Shown here one piece after another: positions 26,046 through 36,884 of a stretch of DNA of 64,000 bases. The notes below the pieces were generated by a model, which saw only the letters and a list, made by a program, of their open reading frames with translations, did no database searches and was not told where the DNA came from. Each line of letters begins with the position of its first letter. Positions within the stretch are counted from its first letter, which is position 1. The stretch spans positions 1,424-65,423 of the forward strand of contig DATKWJ010000005.1 in the NCBI GenBank assembly GCA_035529635.1, in the 5' to 3' direction. The DNA comes from Patescibacteria group bacterium (GTDB lineage Bacteria > Patescibacteriota > Minisyncoccia > Minisyncoccales > RBG-13-42-11). A program made the position numbers and the translations under genes.

Positions 26046-28148
26046 ATGAGACAATATCCTATTGAAAAATACCGCGATATCGGCATTATTGCCCATATTG
26101 ACGCCGGCAAAACGACCGTTTCCGAACGGATACTTTTTTATACCGGCATCTCCCATAAAATCGGCGAAGTTCACGACGGCAAAGCCATTATGGACTGGAT
26201 GGTTCAGGAGAGAGAAAGAGGTATTACTATCACTTCGGCTGCCACCACTTGTTTCTGGACTTTGCTTGATTCACCTAAAGAAAAAGAATTCGAACACAGG
26301 ATAAATATCATCGACACTCCGGGGCATATCGATTTCACTGTTGAAGTCCAAAGGTCTTTGAGAGTTTTGGACGGAGCGGTGGTGATTTTTGACGGCGTTT
26401 CCGGAGTGGAACCGCAATCTGAGACTGTCTGGCGGCAGGCTGACAAATTTCACGTTCCCCGCATCTGTTTTATAAACAAATTGGACAGAATGGGCGCTTC
26501 TTTCGAAAAAAGCCTGGAATCTATTTGGAAAAAATTGTCTCCTTCGGCCGTAGCTCTTCAACTGCCTATGGGAGAAGAAGAAAACCTTGAAGGAATAATC
26601 GATTTATTGGAGATGAAAGCTTTGAAATTCAAAGGAAGTTTCGGCGAAGTCGTTAAGAAAGAAGAAATTCCCCAGGATCTTTTGGCCAAAGCCAAAGAAT
26701 GGAGAAAAAAGCTGGTTGAAAAAGTGGCTGGAGAAGATGAAATTTTATTGGAGAAATATCTGGCCGGCCAGGAAATTTCAGTTGAAGAATTGAGAAAAAC
26801 TTTAAGGCAGGCAACTATTGATTATAAACTTATTCCGGTTTTCTGCGGTTCGGCTTTGAAGAATAAAGGAGTCCAGCCTTTGCTTGACGGCGTGGTTTAT
26901 TATCTGCCCAATCCGACGGAACTTCCTCCAGTTAAAGGCATAGATCCCAAAACCGGCGAAACCGTCGAAAGAAAACCTTTGGACAACGAATCCTTTTGCG
27001 CTTTGGCTTTTAAAATCGCCACTGACCCTTATGTCGGAACTCTGGCTTTTTTCAGAATTTATTCCGGTTTTTTGAAGCGGGGTTCTTACGTTTTAAATAC
27101 GACTACCGGAGAAAAAGAAAGAATCGGCAGAATTTTGAGGATGCATGCTCAAGAACGGGAAGAAGTGGAAGAGGTCTATACCGGTGACATAGCCGCCACC
27201 GTGGGATTGAAAAACACTTCCACCGGCCAGACCCTTTGCGATGAAAATCAGCCGATCGTGCTTGAAAAAATCATTTTCCCTGAACCTGTTATTTCAATCA
27301 GGATCGAACCTAAGACGAAAGCTGATCAGGAAAAAATAGGCGTAGCCTTGAAACGGCTAATGGACGAAGACCCGACTTTCCGAGTCAAAGGAGATTTGGA
27401 AACCGGCGAAACGATTATTTCTGGCATGGGCGAATTACACTTGGATATCATTAACGACAGGTTGAGAAGGGAATTCAAAATAGAAGCCAATGTCGGCCGG
27501 CCTCAGGTCGCTTACAAAGAAACCATCAAAGAAACAGCTGAAGCCGAAGGAAAGTACATCAAGCAGTCCGGCGGCCGTGGGCAATACGGCCATGTTTTCC
27601 TGAGAGCCGAGCCGAAAGAGAGAAGTGCCGGCTTTGAATTTATCAACGAAATCAAAGGCGGAATCATTCCCAAAGAATTCATTCCGGCTGTGGGCAAAGG
27701 CGTCAAAGAAGCGGCCGACAAAGGAATTTTGGCCGGCTATCCCATGGTTGATTTGGCTGTCACTCTTTATGACGGTTCTTTCCATGAAGTTGATTCTTCG
27801 GAAATGGCTTTTAAAATAGCCGGCAGCATGGCTTTTCAGACAGTCGCCAAAAAAGCAAAACCGATTTTATTGGAGCCGATTATGAAATTGGAAGTCGTTA
27901 TCCCTATGGAATTTTTCGGCGACGTCATTGGAGATCTTTCGGCCAGAAGAGGCAGGATTGAAGAGACGAACGACAGATTGCAAATGAAGGTAATCGATGC
28001 TAAAGTGCCTTTGGCGGAAATGTTCGGTTACGCGACTTCGCTCCGTTCATTGACAGAAGGCAGAGGAACGTTTACTATGGAATTTGACCGGTACGAAGAA
28101 GTTCCCAATAATATAGCCCAGGAAATTATTGACGGGAAAAGAAAATAA
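26046..28148 (+). CDS. fusA: Elongation factor G
   Basis: [36 protein letters not shown]. Confidence 0.99.
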   Translation: MRQYPIEKYRDIGIIAHIDAGKTTVSERILFYTGISHKIGEVHDGKAIMDWMVQERERGITITSAATTCFWTLLDSPKEKEFEHRINIIDTPGHIDFTVEVQRSLRVLDGAVVIFDGVSGVEPQSETVWRQADKFHVPRICFINKLDRMGASFEKSLESIWKKLSPSAVALQLPMGEEENLEGIIDLLEMKALKFKGSFGEVVKKEEIPQDLLAKAKEWRKKLVEKVAGEDEILLEKYLAGQEISVEELRKTLRQATIDYKLIPVFCGSALKNKGVQPLLDGVVYYLPNPTELPPVKGIDPKTGETVERKPLDNESFCALAFKIATDPYVGTLAFFRIYSGFLKRGSYVLNTTTGEKERIGRILRMHAQEREEVEEVYTGDIAATVGLKNTSTGQTLCDENQPIVLEKIIFPEPVISIRIEPKTKADQEKIGVALKRLMDEDPTFRVKGDLETGETIISGMGELHLDIINDRLRREFKIEANVGRPQVAYKETIKETAEAEGKYIKQSGGRGQYGHVFLRAEPKERSAGFEFINEIKGGIIPKEFIPAVGKGVKEAADKGILAGYPMVDLAVTLYDGSFHEVDSSEMAFKIAGSMAFQTVAKKAKPILLEPIMKLEVVIPMEFFGDVIGDLSARRGRIEETNDRLQMKVIDAKVPLAEMFGYATSLRSLTEGRGTFTMEFDRYEEVPNNIAQEIIDGKRK

Positions 28149-28166
28149 GGCCAGGGGGCTTATCAG

Positions 28167-28194
28167 TTGACAAAATTGAAAGTTTTAATAAAAT
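28167..28194 (+). promoter_or_regulatory. Internal tuf promoter
   Basis: TTGACA, 16 nt, TAAAAT. Confidence 0.6.
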
Positions 28195-28271
28195 AACAAA
28201 TATAAATAATTCATAAAGGTTCGCAGATTATAAAGTTAATAAATCATAAAATAATAAATCATTAAAAAAAT

Positions 28272-29471
28272 ATGGCAGAGAAAGAAAAATTTTTAAGGGG
28301 AAAACCTCACCTTAATATCGGTTCCATCGGTCACGTTGACCATGGAAAAACCACTTTAACCGCCGCCATTCTCAAAGCCCAGAAATTGGCCGGTTTTAAG
28401 TCAACCGAGAAATCCGTTGACCAGATCGATTCGGCTCCCGAAGAAAAAGCCAGGGGGTTGACCATTAACGTTACTCACGTTGAGTTCGAATCGGAAAAAA
28501 GGCATTATGCCTGGATCGATTGTCCGGGGCACGCCGACTACATCAAGAACATGATTACCGGAGCAGCCCAGATGGACGGAGCGGTTCTGGTTGTTTCCGC
28601 ACCTGACGGCCCGATGCCTCAGACCAGAGAACATATTCTTTTGGCCCGTCAAGTGGGACTGCCTTCGATTGTCGTATTTTTGAACAAATGCGATGCTGTT
28701 GATGATCCGGAAATGATTTCTTTAGTTGAGTCGGAAGTGAGAGAATTATTGAAAAAGTACAACTTTCCCGGAGACGAGACTCCCATAATCAAAGGTTCAG
28801 CCTTGAAAGCGCTGGAAGCCAATTCGGCTGAAGATGAGGCGATCAAGCCCATTTTGGAACTTGTCAAAGCCATAGACGAATATGTTACCGAGCCGGTCAG
28901 GGAAATGGACAAGCCTTTATTGATGGCTATTGAGGACGTCTTTTCTATTGCCGGAAGAGGAACCGTGGCCACCGGAAGGATTGAACGGGGAATAGTCCAT
29001 TCAAACGATGAAGTGGAATTGGTCGGAATCAAACCGACTATGAAAACAATCGCTGTCAGCGTTGAGATGTTTAATAAAATTCTGGATGAAGGAAAAGCGG
29101 GAGACAATGTCGGCATTCTGCTTAGAGGATTGAAAAAAGAGGACGTTGAAAGAGGACAGGTTTTGGCCAAGCCGGGTTCGATAACTCCCCATACTGAATT
29201 TGAGGGAGAAATTTACATTTTGACCAAGGAAGAAGGCGGACGCCACACTCCTTTCTTTACCGGCTACAAGCCCCAGCTCTATTTCAGAACCACTGATGTT
29301 ACCGGCGAAGTGACTCTGCAGGAAGGCACGGAAATGGTTATGCCGGGAGATACGGTCAACTTGAAAGTGAAGTTATTGGCTCCCATTGCTATGGAAGAGA
29401 AACAAAGATTCGCCATCAGAGAAGGCGGAAAAACCGTCGGAGCAGGAGTCGTTACCAAAGTGGTAAAATAA
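28272..29471 (+). CDS. tuf: Elongation factor Tu
   Basis: [29 protein letters not shown]. Confidence 0.99.
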   Translation: MAEKEKFLRGKPHLNIGSIGHVDHGKTTLTAAILKAQKLAGFKSTEKSVDQIDSAPEEKARGLTINVTHVEFESEKRHYAWIDCPGHADYIKNMITGAAQMDGAVLVVSAPDGPMPQTREHILLARQVGLPSIVVFLNKCDAVDDPEMISLVESEVRELLKKYNFPGDETPIIKGSALKALEANSAEDEAIKPILELVKAIDEYVTEPVREMDKPLLMAIEDVFSIAGRGTVATGRIERGIVHSNDEVELVGIKPTMKTIAVSVEMFNKILDEGKAGDNVGILLRGLKKEDVERGQVLAKPGSITPHTEFEGEIYILTKEEGGRHTPFFTGYKPQLYFRTTDVTGEVTLQEGTEMVMPGDTVNLKVKLLAPIAMEEKQRFAIREGGKTVGAGVVTKVVK

Positions 29472-29549
29472 GATCAGACGTAAACGGATAATAATCTTCA
29501 ATAAACAATTGGCAGTTAATAATCGGTAATTTTTATTGTTCCTTTTAAG

Positions 29550-29891
29550 ATGTCGAAAAAGAAAATTGTTGCCACCGAAGAAGAGATAAAATCAAAAATT
29601 AGAATCAAGCTAAGAGCTTTTGATCATAAAGTGATTGACAATTCCGCCCGTCAGATTGTCGAAGTGACTTTAAGACACGGAGCCGAGGTCTTGGGCCCGG
29701 TTCCTTTGCCTACGGAAATACGCAAATACACCGTCAACAGGTCTTCTTTCGTTCATAAAGACGCCAGAGAGCAGTTTGAAATGAGAATTCATAAGAGATT
29801 GATAGACATATTGAATCCCAACCAAAGAGTGATTGACGCTTTGATGAATTTGAATTTGCCGGCCGGCGTTGATATTGAAATAAAAATGTAA
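29550..29891 (+). CDS. rpsJ: 30S ribosomal protein S10
   Basis: [27 protein letters not shown]. Confidence 0.98.
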   Translation: MSKKKIVATEEEIKSKIRIKLRAFDHKVIDNSARQIVEVTLRHGAEVLGPVPLPTEIRKYTVNRSSFVHKDAREQFEMRIHKRLIDILNPNQRVIDALMNLNLPAGVDIEIKM

Positions 29892-29893
29892 GG

Positions 29894-30019
29894 ACTGCCG
29901 GTTAACTGTTTACTTTTAATGAAATTTATTTTATGATTAAAAGACCAAAGTTGTTTAATATCTGAATTTATAATTTTAAAAGCGAACAATGGCAGTAAGA
30001 CCGGGCCATGCCCGGTTTT
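29894..30019 (+). promoter_or_regulatory. Structured rpsJ-rplC intergenic RNA (candidate cis-regulator)
   Basis: ACTGCC (29894) pairs with GGCAGT (29991) around inner helices; ACCGGGC-cat-GCCCGGT hairpin follows. Confidence 0.5.
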
Positions 30020-30039
30020 AAATTAATAAAATTTAGGAA

Positions 30040-30630
30040 ATGAAATTCATTCTGGGAATAAAATTGGATATGGGGCAGATATTCGATGAAAAAGGAAGAA
30101 TTCTTCCGGTAACTTGGATTGAAGCCGGCCCTTGCCGCGTGACCCAGATAAAAAAAACGGAGACGGACGGCTATCAGGCCTGCCAGATCGGTTTTATTAA
30201 AAAAACGAAAAAAATAAAAAAAGTGGAGAAAGGAAAAGAATACCGATACCTCAGGGAATTCAAGAACGGCGGAGATTTGAAAATCGGAGACGAAGTCGAT
30301 ATTTCCGTTTTTCAAGAGGGAGACAAAGTGAAAGTTTCGGGAATTTCCAAAGGCAAAGGCTTCCAGGGAGCGGTGAAAAGATGGGGTTTTTCCGGAAGAA
30401 ATGCCACTCACGGGGTTAAACATGAACATCGAACTCTGGGATCAGTAGGCACTTCTTTTCCGGAAAGAGTCATTAAGGGAAGAAAAATGCCGGGGCGGAT
30501 GGGAAGCGAAAGAACGACGGTTAAAAACCTGAAAATCGTCAAAATTGACAAAGAAAACAATTTATTGGCCGTTAAAGGTGCCGTGGCCGGAAGGCGAGGC
30601 GCTTTATTGGAAATATTTTCCGTAAAATAA
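30040..30630 (+). CDS. rplC: 50S ribosomal protein L3
   Basis: DGYQACQ, SKGKGFQG.VKRW, KMPGRMG. Confidence 0.98.
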   Translation: MKFILGIKLDMGQIFDEKGRILPVTWIEAGPCRVTQIKKTETDGYQACQIGFIKKTKKIKKVEKGKEYRYLREFKNGGDLKIGDEVDISVFQEGDKVKVSGISKGKGFQGAVKRWGFSGRNATHGVKHEHRTLGSVGTSFPERVIKGRKMPGRMGSERTTVKNLKIVKIDKENNLLAVKGAVAGRRGALLEIFSVK

Positions 30631-30652
30631 CTATTATTTTTTACTCGGCAAA

Positions 30653-31276
30653 ATGAAATACGCTGTTCACAATCAACAAGGAGAAGAGAAAGGAACGGTC
30701 CTGCTGCCCAAGGAAATATTTGAATTGCCGATGAATTCGGATTTGGTTCATCAGGTAGCGATCAGCCAGATGGCCAACCGAAGGATAGTTACGGCTCAAG
30801 CTAAAAACAGGGGAGAAGTCAGAGGCGGCGGCAGAAAACCCTGGCGGCAGAAAGGAACCGGCCGTGCCAGGCACGGTTCGCGCCGGTCGCCCATTTGGCG
30901 GGGAGGAGGAGTGACTTTCGGTCCGACCAAAGACAGGGTTTTTAAAAAGAAAATAAACAAAAAAATGAAAAAAAAGGCCTTATTCATGGTTTTGTCGGAG
31001 AAGGCCAAAAGCAACCTGCTTGTAGTTTTGGACGAATTAAAATTGGAAAAAGCGAAGACAAAATCTTTGGCCAAGCTGATTGAAAATTTCAAAAAGGGTT
31101 CTTTTTTGATCGCTTTGCCGAAAATCGAAAAAAACGTGATTCTGGCCAGCAGAAATCTTACCGGAGTTGAAGTGGTTGAAGCGAGAAATCTGAACGTTTT
31201 GGATTTGCTTTCTTCTAAATATTTGATGATGCCTAAAGAATCGATAAAAGTGGTAAAAGAAATTTTTTCAAAATAA
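30653..31276 (+). CDS. rplD: 50S ribosomal protein L4
   Basis: KPWRQKGTGRARHG. Confidence 0.98.
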   Translation: MKYAVHNQQGEEKGTVLLPKEIFELPMNSDLVHQVAISQMANRRIVTAQAKNRGEVRGGGRKPWRQKGTGRARHGSRRSPIWRGGGVTFGPTKDRVFKKKINKKMKKKALFMVLSEKAKSNLLVVLDELKLEKAKTKSLAKLIENFKKGSFLIALPKIEKNVILASRNLTGVEVVEARNLNVLDLLSSKYLMMPKESIKVVKEIFSK

Positions 31277-31279
31277 CTT

Positions 31280-31729
31280 ATGGCGATTTTCGATATTTTT
31301 AAAAAGAAAAAACCGGCACCGGAGAAAAAGGAAAAAGCCGCTGTTAAAAAAAGCGAGCCTTGTCCCAAAGCCGAAAAGAAAGAAAAGATCAAAACCGAAA
31401 GTCCGGAGGCGAAGACGGAAAACGTTCGTTTGCCGAAAGTAATTTTCGACCGGACTTATAAAACTTTGAAAAATCCCCACGTTTCGGAAAAAGTCGGTGA
31501 TTTGGCGAAAAATAACCAGTATGTTTTCAGGGTTTTTTCGGCCACCAACAAAATAGAGATAAAAAGAGCTATTGAAGAAAGCTACGGCGTCAAAGTCGTT
31601 TCAACAAGGATTATCAACGTGCCTGAGAAAAAAAGAAGATTGGGTAAAATTCAAGGGAAAAAGCCGGGTTATAAAAAAGCGATTATCAAGATAGCCAAAG
31701 GCCAGAAGATTGAAGTTTTGCCGAGATAA
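31280..31729 (+). CDS. rplW: 50S ribosomal protein L23 with Lys/Glu-rich N-terminal extension
   Basis: PHVSEK, KIEIKRAIE, KKAII; position in the S10 operon. Confidence 0.93.
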   Translation: MAIFDIFKKKKPAPEKKEKAAVKKSEPCPKAEKKEKIKTESPEAKTENVRLPKVIFDRTYKTLKNPHVSEKVGDLAKNNQYVFRVFSATNKIEIKRAIEESYGVKVVSTRIINVPEKKRRLGKIQGKKPGYKKAIIKIAKGQKIEVLPR

Positions 31730-31737
31730 TTGAAAAT

Positions 31738-32523
31738 ATGCCAAAATACAAAGTAACTAAAAAAAAGCCGGAAAAAAAGCTCTTGTTGTCTTTACAGAGA
31801 AAAGCGGGCAGGGGTTCTTCAGGCAGAATCACCGTTCGCCATCATGGCGGCGGCGTCAAACGCCTTTACCGAATTATCGATTTCGGCCAAGAAAAGTTGG
31901 ATATGCCGGCTAAAATGTTGGCCGTGGAATACGATCCGTATCGAAGTTGTTTTATTTGTCTTTTGGAATACCAAGATAAGAAAAAAAGATATCGGATTTG
32001 CCCTCAAGATTTGAAAATCGGCGATAGCGTGATTTGTGCCGAAAAAGCGGAAATAAAGACGGGCAACAGGATGAAATTGAAAAATGTTCCAGTGGGAACG
32101 CAGGTTTATAATATTGAAGTTGAACCGGGTAGAGGGGGCAAATTGGTCAGGGGGGCCGGAACTTCGGCCAGGGTTTTAGCCCAGGAAGGGAAATACACCC
32201 ATTTGGTTTTTCCTTCCACCGAGGTCAGAAAAATTTTGGGTGAATGTTTTGCTTCCATCGGCCAAATTTCCTTTCCGGAACATAAATTCATTGATGTGGG
32301 TAAAGCCGGCAGTTCGAGGAGAAAAGGCATAAGACCGCATGTCCGGGGGTCGGCCATGAATCCGGTGGACCATCCGCACGGCGGAGGAGAAGGAAGAACC
32401 GGCATCGGGTTGAAACATCCCAAAACGCCCTGGGGCAAGCCAGCTCTGGGAGTGAAAACCAGAAAAAGGAAAAAATGGACCAATAAATTGATTATTCAAA
32501 GAAGAAAAGGTAAAAAGAAATAA
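31738..32523 (+). CDS. rplB: 50S ribosomal protein L2 (N-terminally shortened)
   Basis: [30 protein letters not shown]. Confidence 0.98.
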   Translation: MPKYKVTKKKPEKKLLLSLQRKAGRGSSGRITVRHHGGGVKRLYRIIDFGQEKLDMPAKMLAVEYDPYRSCFICLLEYQDKKKRYRICPQDLKIGDSVICAEKAEIKTGNRMKLKNVPVGTQVYNIEVEPGRGGKLVRGAGTSARVLAQEGKYTHLVFPSTEVRKILGECFASIGQISFPEHKFIDVGKAGSSRRKGIRPHVRGSAMNPVDHPHGGGEGRTGIGLKHPKTPWGKPALGVKTRKRKKWTNKLIIQRRKGKKK

Positions 32524-32527
32524 TAAT

Positions 32528-32845
32528 ATGTCGAGATCATTAAAGAAAGGTCCTTTTACGGACGAAAAATTACTGAAAAAAATAAAGAATTTGAAAGTAG
32601 GCGGGGATGAAGTCATTAAAACCTGGTCAAGGCGTTCTGTTATCACGCCAGAAATGATCGATTTTACCTTTGGTGTTCACAATGGAAAAGAATTCATCAC
32701 GGTAAGAGTGACGGAAAATATGGTCGGCCATAAACTGGGGGAATTCGCTTCGACAACCAAATTCGGCCGGCACGGCGGCAAAATGCAGAGGGAATTGGAA
32801 ACGAAAGCAACGGCCGGACAGAGTACCGAAGCAGCCAAAAAATAA
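32528..32845 (+). CDS. rpsS: 30S ribosomal protein S19
   Basis: [17 protein letters not shown]. Confidence 0.98.
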   Translation: MSRSLKKGPFTDEKLLKKIKNLKVGGDEVIKTWSRRSVITPEMIDFTFGVHNGKEFITVRVTENMVGHKLGEFASTTKFGRHGGKMQRELETKATAGQSTEAAKK

Positions 32846-32867
32846 CGGGTAAAAATAATTCAAAAAT

Positions 32868-33413
32868 ATGCCGGTTTCCGTAAAATTAAATTATTTAAGA
32901 ATAGCTCCCAGAAAAGTCCGTTTGCTGGCGGATTTGGTCAGAGGCAAGTCGGTTCAGGAAGCTCTGGATACTTTGAATTTCACCGTTAAAAAATCAGCCA
33001 GGCCTTTACTGAAGCTTTTAAAACAGGCCGTAGCCGATGCTAAAAATAATTTTCAATTGGAGGCGGCTGATTTGTATATTTCAAAGATCACGGTGGACGA
33101 GGGTCCGAAAAACAAAAGATGGCGGCCCAGATCCCGAGGCCAGGCCTATGAGATTCAGAAAAAAACTTCTCACATTACCGTAGTCCTCGGAGAAAAAACG
33201 AAAACCGGAAAAAAGGGCAAAAAAGCCAAAGGGGCGGCTGAAAAAGTTCAAACCGTTGAACCGGTCGTAGAAAAAGCCGCTGTGGCGGAAAAAACTCCGT
33301 CCCAGATAAAACCTTCGGCTAAATGGAAAAAATTCGAACCGGCTGATAAAAGAAGAAAAATGGAAACAGGAAAGGAAACGGTTAAAAAAATATTCAAGCG
33401 TAAAGCGTTTTAA
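32868..33413 (+). CDS. rplV: 50S ribosomal protein L22 with C-terminal extension
   Basis: RIAPRKVRL, VDEGP, TSHI; Lys-rich tail of about 70 aa. Confidence 0.97.
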   Translation: MPVSVKLNYLRIAPRKVRLLADLVRGKSVQEALDTLNFTVKKSARPLLKLLKQAVADAKNNFQLEAADLYISKITVDEGPKNKRWRPRSRGQAYEIQKKTSHITVVLGEKTKTGKKGKKAKGAAEKVQTVEPVVEKAAVAEKTPSQIKPSAKWKKFEPADKRRKMETGKETVKKIFKRKAF

Positions 33414-33444
33414 ATATTGAAATAAGTCGAAAATTCATTAATTT

Positions 33445-34116
33445 ATGTCTCACAAAGTTCACCCAAAAGCATACAGATTGAAAAACTTGGCTGATTGGAA
33501 TTCCCGCTGGTTCAACAGGAAAAAATTTACCGAATATTTGGAAGATGATTTTAAAATCAGGGATTTTCTCAAAAAGAAAATCAGAAAATTCGGGGTGGAA
33601 AAAATCGAAATTGAAAGGTTTACCGGAAGATTGAACGTGATCATTTTCAGTGCCAAGCCGGGATTGATCATCGGGCGGGGCGGCAGCGGGGTTGAAGAAT
33701 TAAAAAAAATGCTGCAAACGGTTTTAAACAAGAAAAAGCCGTTGGCCGTTAAAGATGCCAAGAACAAGACCGAAATAAGGATTGAAATCAGGGAAATCAA
33801 GGATGTCTGGTCTTCCGCTTCTTTAACGGGTCAGTATATCGCCCAGCAAATCGAAAAAAGGTTTCCTTTCAGGAGGGTTTTAAAACAGTCCCTGGACAAA
33901 GTCATGTCATCCAAGCAGGTGAAAGGAGCCAGGATCGAGGTATCCGGCCGTTTGAACGGAACGGAAATAGCCAGGCGGGAATGGCTGCAGAAAGGCAGAT
34001 TGCCGCGTCAAACCTTAAGGGCTGACATTGATTTCGCCATAGAAGAAGCTTATTGCACTTACGGGACGATAGGCATAAAGGTTTGGATTTACAAAGGGGA
34101 AAAATTCGAAGAGTAA
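33445..34116 (+). CDS. rpsC: 30S ribosomal protein S3
   Basis: KVHP, PGLIIGRGG, GRL.G.EIAR. Confidence 0.98.
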   Translation: MSHKVHPKAYRLKNLADWNSRWFNRKKFTEYLEDDFKIRDFLKKKIRKFGVEKIEIERFTGRLNVIIFSAKPGLIIGRGGSGVEELKKMLQTVLNKKKPLAVKDAKNKTEIRIEIREIKDVWSSASLTGQYIAQQIEKRFPFRRVLKQSLDKVMSSKQVKGARIEVSGRLNGTEIARREWLQKGRLPRQTLRADIDFAIEEAYCTYGTIGIKVWIYKGEKFEE

Positions 34117-34151
34117 CCGCTTAAGCGAAGTCTCGTCATTCGATTAAAAAC

Positions 34152-34562
34152 ATGTCCATATTAATGCCCAAAAAAGTCAAACATCGGAAATGGCACAAAG
34201 GAAGGTCAAAAGGAAAAGAACTCAGAGGAACTTCTTTGGATTTCGGTTCTTTCGCTTTAATGTCTTTGACCACCCATTGGGTTTCAGCCAGGCAGATTGA
34301 GGCGGCCAGGCGGGCCATTCTCAGATATCTTAAAAAAGGAGGAAAACTTTGGATCAGGATTTTTCCGGATAAACCGGTGACGAAAAAAGGTACGGAAGTT
34401 CCCATGGGCGGAGGCAAAGGATCAGTCGACCATTATGTTTTTGCCGTGAAAGCGGGCAGGATTATTTTCGAACTGGACGGCATTAAAGAAGAAACGGCCA
34501 GAGAGGCCTTCAGAAAAGCTTCGGATAAATTGTCGGTCAAGACGAAATTCATAAAACGTTAA
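34152..34562 (+). CDS. rplP: 50S ribosomal protein L16
   Basis: [23 protein letters not shown]. Confidence 0.98.
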   Translation: MSILMPKKVKHRKWHKGRSKGKELRGTSLDFGSFALMSLTTHWVSARQIEAARRAILRYLKKGGKLWIRIFPDKPVTKKGTEVPMGGGKGSVDHYVFAVKAGRIIFELDGIKEETAREAFRKASDKLSVKTKFIKR

Positions 34563-34571
34563 AAAAAACAG

Positions 34572-34754
34572 ATGATCGGAGAATTGCGCAAAAAAAGCAA
34601 AGAAGAGATGCAGAAGATTTTGAAAGACGACCGGGAAAAATTGAAACAGCTCAGGTTTGATTTGGCTGCCGGCAAGGTGAAAAACGTCAGGGAAATCCGC
34701 AAGATTAAAAAAGAAGTGGCCAGAATATTGACGCTTTTAAAACAAAGTAAATAA
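34572..34754 (+). CDS. rpmC: 50S ribosomal protein L29
   Basis: ELR, LRF, IKKEVARILT. Confidence 0.95.
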   Translation: MIGELRKKSKEEMQKILKDDREKLKQLRFDLAAGKVKNVREIRKIKKEVARILTLLKQSK

Positions 34755-34770
34755 TTATTCTATTATTTTT

Positions 34771-35007
34771 ATGCCGAAAAAACAATTAAAAGGAAACATT
34801 GTTTCCAATAAAATGCAGAAGACGGTCACGGTCAAGGTTGAACGGCTGAAAGAACATAAGAAATACAAAAGAAGATTCAGGCTTCACAAGAATTACAAAG
34901 CCCATGTTGAAAACAGTGGCGATTATGAAATCGGCGATAAAGTCGTGATTGAAGAAAGCCGGCCGATGTCGAAAGATAAAAAATGGAAGGTAATTAAAAA
35001 GATTTAA
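34771..35007 (+). CDS. rpsQ: 30S ribosomal protein S17
   Basis: VSNKMQKT, ESRPMSK.K. Confidence 0.97.
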   Translation: MPKKQLKGNIVSNKMQKTVTVKVERLKEHKKYKRRFRLHKNYKAHVENSGDYEIGDKVVIEESRPMSKDKKWKVIKKI

Positions 35008-35011
35008 TTCT

Positions 35012-35383
35012 ATGGTACAACCGCGCACCATGCTGAAAGTCATAGATAATACCGGAGCCAAAATTATCCAGTGTTTTAACGTTTTAGGCGGGACCAGAAA
35101 GCGTTCGGCTCAGATCGGCGACATTATCGTGGCCGTTGTCAAGGAAGCCGAGCCCAGAAGAATCGTCAAAAAACACGAAATTGTCAGGGCGGTCATAGTC
35201 CGTCAGAAAAAGAATTTCCGGAGAGCCGACGGCACTTATATCAGATTTGACGAGAATGCGGCCGTAATTTTGGACGGAAAAACCAAAGAGCCGAAAGGAG
35301 GAAGAATCACCGGCCCCTTGCCGAGAGAGATTAAAGAAAAAGGTTTTGATAAAATAGCCAATTTGGCAACGGAGATAATATAA
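35012..35383 (+). CDS. rplN: 50S ribosomal protein L14
   Basis: DNTGAK, RFDENAAV. Confidence 0.98.
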   Translation: MVQPRTMLKVIDNTGAKIIQCFNVLGGTRKRSAQIGDIIVAVVKEAEPRRIVKKHEIVRAVIVRQKKNFRRADGTYIRFDENAAVILDGKTKEPKGGRITGPLPREIKEKGFDKIANLATEII

Positions 35384-35390
35384 AAAAACG

Positions 35391-35696
35391 ATGAAAATCA
35401 AGAAAAATGATACAATTATAGTGATTTCCGGGAAAGACCGGGGGAAAAAAGGCAAAGTATTACAGGTTTTTCCGAATGAGAACAGAATAATAGTGGAAGG
35501 AATCAATTTGAGGAAAAGGCACCGCAAGCCGAAAAAGTCGGGTGAAAAAGGGCAGATTGTCGTTTTGCCGGCCGCTATTGCCGTATCCAATGCGAAATTG
35601 ATTTGCCTTAAATGCGGCCAGCCGTCCAGATTGTCTTACAAAATAAACCAAGGTAAAAAGTACCGGATTTGCAAAAAATGCGGACAAGAAACATAA
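35391..35696 (+). CDS. rplX: 50S ribosomal protein L24
   Basis: KOW motif VISGKDRGKKGKV, VEGIN. Confidence 0.97.
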   Translation: MKIKKNDTIIVISGKDRGKKGKVLQVFPNENRIIVEGINLRKRHRKPKKSGEKGQIVVLPAAIAVSNAKLICLKCGQPSRLSYKINQGKKYRICKKCGQET

Positions 35697-35702
35697 TTGT
35701 TT

Positions 35703-36260
35703 ATGAGTAAACTGCAGGAAAAATATAAAAAAGAAGTTGTGCCGGCCCTGATGCAAAAATTCGGCTATAAAAGTCCGATGGCCGCGCCTAAAATCGAAAA
35801 AGTGGTGGTAAACACCGGCTACGGCAGGCAGGTGGCAGACAAAACGAACGAAGAACAGAAAAAGATGACCGATTTTATTTTGGAGGAACTCGGCTTGATT
35901 TGCGGACAGAAAGCCGTCAAAACATACGCTAAAAAGGCGATTTCAAGTTTCAAACTTCGTCAGGGCATGCCGATCGGAGCCAAGGTCACTTTACGTGGTA
36001 GAAAGATGGCGGATTTTTTGGAAAGGTTCATTAATCTTGCTTTACCCAGAACAAGGGATTTCAAAGGCATTTCTCCTGAATCGATCGATAAACAGAGCAA
36101 TCTGACCATCGCCGTCAAAGAGCACATCACTTTTCCGGAAATTTTGCCGGAAAAAGCCAGGAATATTTTCGGTCTGGAAATAACCGTCGTTACCACGGCC
36201 AAAAACAAAGAAGAAGCAATAGAATTGTTTAAATTATTGGGATTTCCGATTAAATCGTAA
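35703..36260 (+). CDS. rplE: 50S ribosomal protein L5
   Basis: [29 protein letters not shown]. Confidence 0.98.
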   Translation: MSKLQEKYKKEVVPALMQKFGYKSPMAAPKIEKVVVNTGYGRQVADKTNEEQKKMTDFILEELGLICGQKAVKTYAKKAISSFKLRQGMPIGAKVTLRGRKMADFLERFINLALPRTRDFKGISPESIDKQSNLTIAVKEHITFPEILPEKARNIFGLEITVVTTAKNKEEAIELFKLLGFPIKS

Positions 36261-36264
36261 AATT

Positions 36265-36450
36265 ATGGCTACCAAAGCGCAAATAGCAAAATCCAAAAGA
36301 AAACCGAAATTCAAAAGTCGAGTGGTCAGGCGATGTTTCAAATGTGGCAGGAAAAGAGCTTATATGAGAAAATTCGGGCTTTGCCGCATTTGTTTCCGGG
36401 AAATGGCCAATCAGGGATTAATTCCCGGAGTTAAGAAATCTTCATGGTAA
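36265..36450 (+). CDS. rpsN: 30S ribosomal protein S14, Zn-binding type
   Basis: RCFKCGR...CRICFRE...PGVKKSSW. Confidence 0.98.
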   Translation: MATKAQIAKSKRKPKFKSRVVRRCFKCGRKRAYMRKFGLCRICFREMANQGLIPGVKKSSW

Positions 36451-36456
36451 AAACAT

Positions 36457-36855
36457 ATGATTACTGATCCAATTGCCGACATGTTAAATAAAATAAAGAA
36501 CGCCCAGGCGGTTTGCCATCCAACGGTCGAGGTGCCTTTTTCCAATTTGAAATATGAAATCGCCGAGATTTTAAAGAAGCAGGGTTTTGTCGAGAAAGTC
36601 GAAAAAAAAGGCAGGAAAACGAAAAAGACGATCGAGATCGTTTTGAAATATCAAGATAAAAATCCGGCCATCTTGGGGTTGAAGAAAGTTTCCAAGCCCG
36701 GACAAAGGATTTATTTCGATTCAGCCGGAATAAAAAGGAAAAAAGTCAAAGGAGATTACGGCATAGCCGTCATTTCCACCTCCAAGGGGCTGATGACGAA
36801 CAAAGAGGCGAGAAAGCAGAAAATAGGAGGAGAAGTAATCTGTGAAATTTGGTAA
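36457..36855 (+). CDS. rpsH: 30S ribosomal protein S8
   Basis: DPIADML, SKPG.R.Y, STSKG, GGE. Confidence 0.98.
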   Translation: MITDPIADMLNKIKNAQAVCHPTVEVPFSNLKYEIAEILKKQGFVEKVEKKGRKTKKTIEIVLKYQDKNPAILGLKKVSKPGQRIYFDSAGIKRKKVKGDYGIAVISTSKGLMTNKEARKQKIGGEVICEIW

Positions 36856-36884
36856 ATTGAATTCCGCATAAATTAAACTATCTT

